Shown here: in pieces, positions 17,337-24,718 of the stretch
Layout: every line of letters begins with the position of its first letter
Position numbering within the stretch: the stretch's first letter is position 1
NCBI RefSeq assembly: GCF_002777255.1
Contig: NZ_CP017634.1
Coordinates: forward strand, 600,903 to 632,902
DNA from: Candidatus Formimonas warabiya
GTDB lineage: Bacteria; Bacillota; Dehalobacteriia; Dehalobacteriales; Dehalobacteriaceae
Direction of reading: 5' to 3'
DNA length: 32,000 bases
The notes under the pieces: generated by a model
Told to the model about the DNA's origin: nothing
Seen by the model: the letters and a program-made list of their open reading frames with translations, nothing else
The model's database searches: none
Made by a program: the position numbers and the translations under genes

Positions 17337-17377
17337 CCTTTTATAATTCTCAAAAGGAGAGAGAGAATTATAAAAGG
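17337..17377. repeat. Perfect 15-bp inverted repeat with an 11-nt spacer (candidate operator or hairpin)
   Basis: CCTTTTATAATTCTC (17337-17351) and GAGAATTATAAAAGG (17363-17377) are exact reverse complements. Each arm contains TATAAT. The repeat lies about 95-130 nt upstream of the minus-strand membrane-protein gene. Confidence 0.7.
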
Positions 17378-17643
17378 CCCGGAAGGGTATCTAAACCAGG
17401 GGAGACTATTGATCTTTAAGCTGATTATATTGAAGAGTAGCAGTATTGTGTCCGCAAGCACCAAGCAAATCCTACCCTGATGTCATATGCCGTTTTTGGC
17501 CGTAGGGCCGGCCTGCCGGATTGGGAATGAGGGGAGAAAAAGATAGACCGAAACATTTTGCGGAAATCAGCGCCGGAACGGGTCGCTTCACCGGAAAGAC
17601 CGAATGAATATCTTAAAATAATCAGTCCCGGTGCGGTAACTAC

Positions 17644-17672
17644 TTGACTATTTTCCATAACCGCTTTAAAAT
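17644..17672 (+). promoter_or_regulatory. Sigma-70/SigA-type promoter for tRNA-Val
   Basis: TTGACT (17644-17649), a 17-nt spacer, then TAAAAT (17667-17672), ending 42 nt upstream of the tRNA 5' end. Confidence 0.55.
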
Positions 17673-17714
17673 AAAAATGTAAGCTTCTTGTCCACCATTA
17701 TTGTAACTCAATAT

Positions 17715-17789
17715 GGGCGCATAGATCAGCGGGAGATCGCTTGACTCACATTCAAGAGGTCGCTGGTTCGAAACCAGCTGTGCCCACCA
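17715..17789 (+). tRNA. tRNA-Val (anticodon CAC), CCA encoded
   Basis: Hand-folded cloverleaf. Acceptor stem GGGCGCA/TGTGCCC (one G-U pair), D stem GATC/GATC, anticodon stem CTTGA/TCAAG with loop CTCACAT, T arm GCTGG-TTCGAAA-CCAGC, discriminator A, then CCA. Confidence 0.9.
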
Positions 17790-17801
17790 AGGAAAGAGAA
17801 A

Positions 17802-17834
17802 ATACCAAGGGTTTTGACCCTTGGTATTTTTCTT
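17802..17834. terminator. Bidirectional rho-independent terminator (tRNA-Val on the plus strand, ATPase on the minus strand)
   Basis: The 10-bp stem ATACCAAGGG / CCCTTGGTAT has a 6-nt loop. It is followed by TTTTCTT on the plus strand and by TTTCTCTTT on the minus strand. Confidence 0.75.
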
Positions 17835-17899
17835 AAAGCGGTTTCTTTTTACGAAGTACTCCAGGTGAAATGATCTGGTTGGGACAAGGGAAATATGAA

Positions 17900-20617
17900 C
17901 TAAACCAAAATTTCACCATCTTTTTTCCTGGCTTTGATGCGATCCAATAATTTGGCAACCTCTGAGGTGAACAGGGGCACCAGGCACAACCCGAACACAA
18001 ACAACCAATCCATAGGGTTGAGGAGAGCCGTCTCGAAAACACCCCTCAAAGCAGGAATAAAGATCACAGAGAATTGCAGCAGGGTGGAGATGAGAAAAGC
18101 GTAAATAAGGCTTTTATTGCTGCGTATGCCTGTGGTGAAAAGCGATTGCTCCATACTTCGAAGATTAAATGAGTGAACAAGTTGGGACATCGCCATCGTC
18201 ACAAAAGCCATGGTATGCGCTTCCTGGACGGTTTTTCCCCAATAGAGTGCCAACCAATAAGCCAGTAAGGAGATCCCACCAATGACAAGACCCTGAATGA
18301 TGATGTTACGGCCGACCCCGCCGGCAAAAACCCCTTCCCGGGAATTGCGGGGCGGGCGGCTCATTACGCCCTTTTCAGGCGGTTCCAGGCCTAATGCCAG
18401 TGCCGGGGGACCATCCGTCACCAAATTAAGCCAAAGAATTTGCAGGGGGGTCAATGGGCTGCCCAGTCCAAAGAGAATAGAAAAAAATATCGCGGCAATT
18501 TCACCGGTATTGCAGGAAAGCAGATATTGAATTGCTTTGCGAATATTGCCATATATGGTTCGGCCTTCCTCTACGGCACTAACGATGGTTGCGTAGTTAT
18601 CATCCAAGAGAACCATATCGGAAGCTTCTTTGGCAACCTCAGTCCCTGTAATGCCCATGGCAGCGCCGATATCCGCCCGCTTAAGGGCCGGGGCGTCATT
18701 AACCCCATCTCCCGTCATAGCCACCACATGGCCCTGGGTTTTCAAAGCACGGACAATCCGTAATTTGTGTTCCGGAGATACTCTTGCATAGACAGTAACT
18801 TTATTAACGGCCTCCTTCAGCGCCTCGTCATCTATTTGTTCTATCTGCATCCCGGTAAGAATCTCATCTCCGTTATGGTAGATGCCCAATTCCTTGGCGA
18901 TTGCCAGGGCGGTGGCCTGGTGATCTCCCGTAATCATCACGGTTTTGATGCCGGCCTGCCGTCCTACCCGGACAGCGCCTTTAACTTCGAGGCGAGGAGG
19001 ATCCTGAATGGCAAAGAATCCTACGAAGGTTAGTTTGTTTTCCGTTTCATCAGGAGCGAGGTTATCAGGAATCTGCTCCCACTGGCGGATGGCCAGCGCT
19101 AACACCCGTTGCCCTTCAGCGGCAATTGCGAAATTTACTTCCAGGATACTGTTAGAGACCTTGTCTGTTAGTTCTTCGACCCCATGATCCGTTAAAAGAT
19201 GGGTACAACGGGATAAGAGAATATCCGGGGCACCCTTTGTAAATGACTTAATCTCTCCGTCAAAATTATGAAAAGTAGTCATCATTTTTCGTCCTGAGTC
19301 GAAAGGGATCTCTGCCAGACGGGGGAACTTTTGCTCGATTTCTTCTTTAAGCATACCTGCCTTGGCGGAAACTACCACCAGAGCCCCTTCCGTAGGATCC
19401 CCAATCACCTGATAGCCTTTGTCTTCCTTTTTGATACTGGCATCGCAGTTTAATACACCGCCCAGAAGTAAGAGATTAAACCTGTTATCCTTTAGCACGG
19501 AAAACAGCTTTCCTTGATTGTCCTGGAATTCACCGCTGGGAGTATAGCCCGTACCGGTTACCTGGATGTATTTGTTCATGGCATATAACTGGGTCACGGT
19601 CATTTCATTTTTTGTGAGTGTTCCTGTTTTATCGGAGCAGATATAATTTGCCACTCCCAAGGTTTCTACCGCAGGAAGCTTACGGATGATCGCATTTTTC
19701 CGGCTCATCCGGGTAACACCCAGTGCCAGAACGATGGTTACCACCGCAGGAAGCCCTTCCGGAATGGCTGCCACGGCCAGGGCAATGGCTGTCATAAACA
19801 TTTCTACCATATTTTCTCCCCGAACCAGTCCGGTAAGGAATACGGCGCAAACGATCACTCCCGCAGCGATCCCCAGAGACTTGCCCAGACGGGCCAACTG
19901 CCGCTGGAGAGGAGTGGGATCAGGAGGAGTCTCCTGGAGCAGTTGGGCAATTTTACCTAACTGGGTATTCATACCTGTTTCTACCACAATCCCTTTACCC
20001 CTGCCTCCGGTAACGGTAGTGCCTTTGAAGGCCATATTCTTCCGGTCGCCAACGGAGAGATCGTCGGTACCGAGTATTCTGATATCCTTTTCTACGGGAA
20101 CAGATTCCCCGGTTAGGGCTGCTTCGTTTAAGAATAAGGAAGCGGATTCAAATAATCTAAGATCAGCGGGGATGGAATCCCCGGCTTCCAACAAAACGAT
20201 ATCTCCAGGAACCAGCTGCCCCACATCTATCTGGGTCACACAACCATCCCGCAGCACCTTCGCATGGGGTTTCGTCATTTGCTTCAATGCTTTCAGGGCT
20301 TGCTCAGCTTTGTTTTCTTGAAATACTCCCAGGGCTGCATTCAGCACGACAATAATCAGGATGACGATGGAATCTTCCCATTCGCCCAAAAAGCCGGAGA
20401 TCAATGCTGCTCCAATGAGAATTAATACGAGAACTTCTTTGAGCTGCCCGATAAACATGGATAGAAGGCTCCGGGAAGGCGGCTCCTCTAAAGTATTGGG
20501 ACCATACTGATTTAAGCGATTTAAGGCTTCTTCCTGTGAAAGGCCTTGATCGGTCTGAGAAGAAAATCCTTTTGTAATCTCCTCAATCCTTTGGGCATAC
20601 CATTTTCTTTCCTCCAA
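17900..20617 (-). CDS. P-type cation-transporting ATPase, P2A (SERCA-like Ca2+/Mn2+) subfamily
   Basis: TTG start lies 7 nt after AGGAGG. Motifs present: TGES, the phosphorylation site CSDKTGTLT, TM4 IPEGLPAVVTIVLALG, MITGDH, GDGVNDAPALKRADIG and TM6 NLVTDGPPALALG. Length 905 aa. Confidence 0.9.
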   Translation of the reverse strand: MEERKWYAQRIEEITKGFSSQTDQGLSQEEALNRLNQYGPNTLEEPPSRSLLSMFIGQLKEVLVLILIGAALISGFLGEWEDSIVILIIVVLNAALGVFQENKAEQALKALKQMTKPHAKVLRDGCVTQIDVGQLVPGDIVLLEAGDSIPADLRLFESASLFLNEAALTGESVPVEKDIRILGTDDLSVGDRKNMAFKGTTVTGGRGKGIVVETGMNTQLGKIAQLLQETPPDPTPLQRQLARLGKSLGIAAGVIVCAVFLTGLVRGENMVEMFMTAIALAVAAIPEGLPAVVTIVLALGVTRMSRKNAIIRKLPAVETLGVANYICSDKTGTLTKNEMTVTQLYAMNKYIQVTGTGYTPSGEFQDNQGKLFSVLKDNRFNLLLLGGVLNCDASIKKEDKGYQVIGDPTEGALVVVSAKAGMLKEEIEQKFPRLAEIPFDSGRKMMTTFHNFDGEIKSFTKGAPDILLSRCTHLLTDHGVEELTDKVSNSILEVNFAIAAEGQRVLALAIRQWEQIPDNLAPDETENKLTFVGFFAIQDPPRLEVKGAVRVGRQAGIKTVMITGDHQATALAIAKELGIYHNGDEILTGMQIEQIDDEALKEAVNKVTVYARVSPEHKLRIVRALKTQGHVVAMTGDGVNDAPALKRADIGAAMGITGTEVAKEASDMVLLDDNYATIVSAVEEGRTIYGNIRKAIQYLLSCNTGEIAAIFFSILFGLGSPLTPLQILWLNLVTDGPPALALGLEPPEKGVMSRPPRNSREGVFAGGVGRNIIIQGLVIGGISLLAYWLALYWGKTVQEAHTMAFVTMAMSQLVHSFNLRSMEQSLFTTGIRSNKSLIYAFLISTLLQFSVIFIPALRGVFETALLNPMDWLFVFGLCLVPLFTSEVAKLLDRIKARKKDGEILV

Positions 20618-20711
20618 ATTATTTCCTCCTTTTAGTCTTAGTTAAAATTCGTCAATAGGGGGCACCTTTAGGGCAGATATGCTCACCTCCTCTTCATTAA
20701 ATCGGGTGCTT

Positions 20712-20848
20712 AAAAATAAAAAGACCTTTATCCCTTAAAAATAGAGATAAAGGTCTGGCTTTTTGCATGCGCATTTAATAAAGCCGGGCTTACGCCGAAA
20801 TGTCGACTTTACCTACGGTGTGAACCGCAAGCTACTCCCCTTTAAATA
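20712..20848 (-). promoter_or_regulatory. yybP-ykoY (Mn2+) riboswitch with terminator expression platform, in the leader of the P-type ATPase
   Basis: The minus strand reads UUUAAAGGGGAGUAGC..hairpin..AAAGUCGACAU...AAAAAGCCAGACCUUUAUC, giving the hallmark GGGGAGUAG and GACAU / AGACCUUU elements. The 3' P1 strand AGACCUUUAUC (20756-20746) is also the 5' arm of an 11-bp terminator stem (partner at 20732-20722) followed by UUUUUAUUUUU. Confidence 0.75.
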
Positions 20849-20868
20849 TGAAGTTAATTTTTTATTTA

Positions 20869-20896
20869 AGGATACCATAAGCAAGGAATTTGTCAA
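20869..20896 (-). promoter_or_regulatory. Promoter for the riboswitch-ATPase transcript
   Basis: On the minus strand, TTGACA (20896-20891), a 16-nt spacer ending in TGG, then TATCCT (20874-20869), which gives an extended -10. It lies about 20 nt upstream of the aptamer. Confidence 0.5.
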
Positions 20897-21104
20897 GAGT
20901 TAGAATACAGATAATTTTAATAAATCAGGTGATTGGGCACATAGAACCCCTTCTTACGGGCTTAAAAATTTTTTTAGTGGTTGCGTCACCTGATACCAGG
21001 CAAGCATAACATGTATTAGAAAACAGGGAAAGGGGCCTGTTTTTTTATGTTTTTTTCCCCGGGTTTGTGGAGAAAATAAAAAAGCATAAAAGGAGGGAAA
21101 AGAA

Positions 21105-21815
21105 ATGGAAATTTTTTTGACCCAATTGGCGGACCCGGGGTTCTGGAGCGCCGTAATTTCAATTGGTATTATTAATCTGGTATTAAGTGGTGACAACGCG
21201 GCGGTAATTGGTTTGGCCATTCGTGATTTGCCCCGTGATTTACAAAAAAAGGCAGCAATCTACGGAGCAGCAGGTGCCATTATTTTACGGGTTGTTTTTA
21301 CGATTTTTGCCACTTATTTGATATTGGTTCCCTATTTGAGCGCCTTTGGCGGTATTGTTTTAATCTGGATTACGTACAAGTTTCTTCAGCATGATGAAGG
21401 GGAAGAGAATATCAAAGCCAGCCGTGAGATTTGGCCGGCCGTCTGGACCATCGTGATTGCAGATCTTTCTATGGCCTTTGACAATGTGCTGGGGGTGGCG
21501 GGAGCAGCCCATGGAAGTGTGGGTTTGATTATTTTTGGACTGATGCTGTCCATTCCCATCCTGATTTGGGGATCCACCTGGCTGGCCGGCATGATGGGGA
21601 GATATCCGATCATTATTTATATTGGGGCGGCAGTTCTTGCGCACACGGCAGTTTCCATGATTATTCATGATCGTGCTTTGCATCTGGTCCGATATATGGG
21701 TGAAATGTGGGGAACAATCCTGCCCTGGCTGTTCGCTTTTCTCTTGTTGGTCTACGGAATAATCGAAATCAAAAAAACCTCGAAACAGCCGGCGCCAAGT
21801 TTCAAAAAAAAGTGA
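21105..21815 (+). CDS. TerC-family integral membrane protein (YjbE-like)
   Basis: AAGGAGGG RBS. The duplicated TerC signature is present (NLVLSGDNAAVIGLA and DLSMAFDNVLGVAGA), with about 7 TM segments. Confidence 0.85.
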   Translation: MEIFLTQLADPGFWSAVISIGIINLVLSGDNAAVIGLAIRDLPRDLQKKAAIYGAAGAIILRVVFTIFATYLILVPYLSAFGGIVLIWITYKFLQHDEGEENIKASREIWPAVWTIVIADLSMAFDNVLGVAGAAHGSVGLIIFGLMLSIPILIWGSTWLAGMMGRYPIIIYIGAAVLAHTAVSMIIHDRALHLVRYMGEMWGTILPWLFAFLLLVYGIIEIKKTSKQPAPSFKKK

Positions 21816-21914
21816 TAGTTGCCATTTTAAAGCCTTTAATTTAAACTGTTAGTAACAGTTTTATGCTGTAATAGCAGTTCTGGAACCAGGAACTTGCGCA
21901 ACAGGAGGCTTATC

Positions 21915-23126
21915 ATGAAGTATGTGGTGATTCTAGGAGACGGTATGGCTGACTATAAATTGGCGGCGTTTGGTAACCGAACGCCGCTTCAGCTTGCCTA
22001 TAAGCCCAATATTGACGGGCTGGCAAAAGCATCCGAAATGGGAATGGTGCGTACGGTTCCCGATGGTTTTGCTCCCGGAAGTGATGTGGCAAATTTAGCC
22101 GTATTAGGGTATGAGCCGGAGATTTATTATACCGGGCGGTCGCCCATTGAGGCGGTTAGTATGGGTGTGAATCTGGATGCGCATGATGTCGCCTTCCGGT
22201 GTAATTTGGTTACCTTATCCGGTGAAGACGATTATCAGGAAAAAATGATGCTGGATTATAGCTCCGGAGAGATTAGCACTGAGGAAGCCCGGGAATTGAT
22301 GCATGACATTAATCAGGAGCTGGGGTCAGAGCAATTTCGTTTCTATCCCGGCATCAGTTATCGCCATTTGCTGGTCTGGGCAAATGGCCGGTTTGAATTT
22401 GACCTGACACCTCCCCACGATATTTCGGATCAAAGAATTGGCCCATATTTGCCAAAAGGTGCGGGATGCGAGGTCTTGACCGCATTTATGCGCAAAAGCC
22501 TGGCCATTTTTGCCGATCATCCGGTGAATAAAAAAAGACGGCAAAGAGGACTTAATCCAGCCACCTCCCTGTGGATTTGGGGCCAGGGTAAAAAAACCGT
22601 ATTGTCGTCTTTTGCCCAAAGGTATGGGCTAGAAGGTTCGGTTGTCTGTGGGGTTGACTTGATTAAAGGGTTGGGAATTTGCGCCGGTCTTAGCGCCCCC
22701 GACGTGCCGGGAGCGACAGGAAACATTGACACTAATTTTGCGGGAAAAGCCGAGACTGCTTTGAGAGAATTAAAAGATGGGAAAGATTTTGTTTATGTGC
22801 ACGTGGAAGCGCCTGATGAAGCCGGACACCACGGAAATATCGAAGAAAAAATCAAAGCCATTGAAGAGATCGATGATAAAGTGGTGGGAAGAATTTTACC
22901 CGGATTGGATGCTCTGAAGGAGGACTACCGGGTAATGATTTTACCGGACCATCCTACCCCGGTCAGCATCAGAACCCATACCGCGGAAATTGTGCCTTAC
23001 ATGATTTATGACAGCCGGTACCCCATCAAGGGTTCCATAGATACTTATTGTGAAGAAAACGCGTTGTCTTCCGGCAGTTTCATTAAAAACGGACCGGATT
23101 TAATGACACGATTTATTAAAGGGTGA
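21915..23126 (+). CDS. apgM: Cofactor-independent phosphoglycerate mutase family protein (archaeal ApgM type; the subfamily also proposed as an alternative homoserine kinase)
   Basis: ATG lies 6 nt after AGGAGG. The sequence starts MKYVVILGDGMADY and contains HVEAPDEAGHHGN and LPDHPTP metal-site motifs. Confidence 0.8.
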   Translation: MKYVVILGDGMADYKLAAFGNRTPLQLAYKPNIDGLAKASEMGMVRTVPDGFAPGSDVANLAVLGYEPEIYYTGRSPIEAVSMGVNLDAHDVAFRCNLVTLSGEDDYQEKMMLDYSSGEISTEEARELMHDINQELGSEQFRFYPGISYRHLLVWANGRFEFDLTPPHDISDQRIGPYLPKGAGCEVLTAFMRKSLAIFADHPVNKKRRQRGLNPATSLWIWGQGKKTVLSSFAQRYGLEGSVVCGVDLIKGLGICAGLSAPDVPGATGNIDTNFAGKAETALRELKDGKDFVYVHVEAPDEAGHHGNIEEKIKAIEEIDDKVVGRILPGLDALKEDYRVMILPDHPTPVSIRTHTAEIVPYMIYDSRYPIKGSIDTYCEENALSSGSFIKNGPDLMTRFIKG

Positions 23127-23169
23127 TTCTGCGTGCAGAAGCCTCTTAATCCATGGCCGGGAGGTTTTC

Positions 23170-23901
23170 ATGACTATTTTACCAAGCAAGGAGCAGAAGG
23201 AACATTACGTTCGTGAAATGTTTGATTCCATTGCTGCCAAATATGACTTTGTGAATTCCCTGATGAGTTTGGGGATGGATCACAGGTGGCGCCGGTTTGC
23301 CGTGCACCGGGCAGAAATCCGGCCGGGCGGCGTGGCTTTAGATATCTGCTGCGGAACGGGAAAGATTACGCTGGAATTGGCAAGAAGGGTAGGACTAGAG
23401 GGGCGCGTCACAGGACTGGATTTTTCTCCCCGCATGTTGGAAGTGGCCCGTCAGGCGGTGGCAGCATCCGAGTTTAAAGAAATCATTAATCTGATCCAGG
23501 GAAATGCCCTCTGCCTCCCCTTTGAGGATAATTCTTTCGACGCCGTGACCGTAGGGTGGGGGTTAAGGAATGTTCCGGATATTTTTACCGTGGTGCAGGA
23601 AATGATGCGTGTGGTTAGACCTGGGGGAATGGTCGTCTCTCTGGATATGGCAAAACCGGAGCTGCCCGTTTTTAAACAGGCATACTGGCTCTATTTTGAA
23701 AAGATCATTCCTTTGCTGGGGAAAATTGGGGCGCACAAGGAAACGGCTTACCAGTATTTGCATCAATCCGCCCGGGTATTTCCCCACCAAAAAGAGCTGG
23801 CCCGGTTGTTTCATGAAGCAGGATTGGAGGCTGCCTGCTACCATAATCTTTGCGGTGGTGTTGTTGCCGTTGTTGAAGGTAGAAAGACACGAATTCGGTG
23901 A
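23170..23901 (+). CDS. ubiE: Demethylmenaquinone / ubiquinone C-methyltransferase (UbiE/MenG)
   Basis: VREMFDSIAAKYDFVNSLMSLGMDHRWRR is the UbiE N-terminal signature. The SAM motif ALDICCGTG and the block GMVVSLDMAKP are also present. Confidence 0.85.
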   Translation: MTILPSKEQKEHYVREMFDSIAAKYDFVNSLMSLGMDHRWRRFAVHRAEIRPGGVALDICCGTGKITLELARRVGLEGRVTGLDFSPRMLEVARQAVAASEFKEIINLIQGNALCLPFEDNSFDAVTVGWGLRNVPDIFTVVQEMMRVVRPGGMVVSLDMAKPELPVFKQAYWLYFEKIIPLLGKIGAHKETAYQYLHQSARVFPHQKELARLFHEAGLEAACYHNLCGGVVAVVEGRKTRIR

Positions 23902-23907
23902 AATGAG

Positions 23908-24705
23908 ATGATGAAATTGGCAGAGGCGGAAGATATGTCCCGGGGGTTTATTAAGTTTCTCGGGACGGCAGGGGCACGGGTTGTCATGTCCAAACAGTTG
24001 CGTTCCTCAGGAGGAATCTGGATCTGCTTGGGCAAGTGCCACCTTCTCCTGGATCCTGGCCCCGGCACTTTGATCAGGTGTTGGGAAGGTAGTCCTCCTT
24101 TGGACCCCACCCTGTTGGACGGAATTATCCTTTCGCACCGCCATCTTGATCATTCCGGGGACATGAATGTGATGGTGGAGGCCATGGCCGATGGCGGATT
24201 TCATCCGAAAGGACAGGTATTTGCCCCCGCGGACGTAATAGAAGGGCCGGAGCCGGTTTTATTTCAATATTTAAGGAGCTATACGAAAAAGATTAATGTG
24301 CTGCGGGCAGGGGCAGCTTTTGATCTCAAAGACATCCGCATTGAGGTTCCCGTGCGGCATCTCCATCCCGTGGAAACCTACGGAGTGAAATTGTTTTATC
24401 AGGATATCAGTATCTCCTGTATTACAGATACCAGGTTTTTCCCCGGGCTGATAGATGCTTATCAAGCGGATATTGTCATGATCAATATGACCTTTCTCAA
24501 ACCCTTTCACAGTGAAAAGGCTTTTCACCTGTCCGCTGAGGAAATATTACCCTTAATCTCTTGTCTGAAGCCCAAGGCTGTCCTTCTTACCCACTTCGGC
24601 AAACGGGTGATCGAGGCGGGTCCGGAAATGATCGCCGGGCAGTTGGCAAAGGAAACAGGTGTTTCGGTAATCGCGGCAAAAGACGGAATGATGTTCAATT
24701 TTTGA
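23908..24705 (+). CDS. MBL-fold metallo-hydrolase
   Basis: HRHLDHSGD (HxHxDH motif) with a downstream His/Asp pattern. The alternative in-frame start ATG 23935 (MSRGFIKFLGTAG) is equally plausible. Confidence 0.75.
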   Translation: MMKLAEAEDMSRGFIKFLGTAGARVVMSKQLRSSGGIWICLGKCHLLLDPGPGTLIRCWEGSPPLDPTLLDGIILSHRHLDHSGDMNVMVEAMADGGFHPKGQVFAPADVIEGPEPVLFQYLRSYTKKINVLRAGAAFDLKDIRIEVPVRHLHPVETYGVKLFYQDISISCITDTRFFPGLIDAYQADIVMINMTFLKPFHSEKAFHLSAEEILPLISCLKPKAVLLTHFGKRVIEAGPEMIAGQLAKETGVSVIAAKDGMMFNF

Positions 24706-24718
24706 AAAGGAGTAAACG

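Noticed and set aside
17225-17658. Small ORFs in the intergenic region between the membrane-protein gene and the tRNA (17225-17419 +, 17231-17464 -, 17292-17480 +, 17425-17658 -).
   Set aside because: They overlap one another, lack RBSs and have implausible composition (poly-Phe/Ile or Arg/Ser-rich). The region is treated as non-coding.
20897-21104. A second yybP-ykoY riboswitch on the plus strand in front of TerC.
   Set aside because: I looked for the GGGGAGUAG core and the GACAU / AGACCUUU 3' element on the plus strand and found neither. Only generic hairpins are present, and these are reported separately as an unclassified leader.
20954-21220. An 88-aa minus-strand ORF spanning the TerC leader and start.
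   Set aside because: It overlaps the TerC start codon and RBS on the opposite strand, has no RBS of its own, and lies in a region better explained by regulatory RNA structure.
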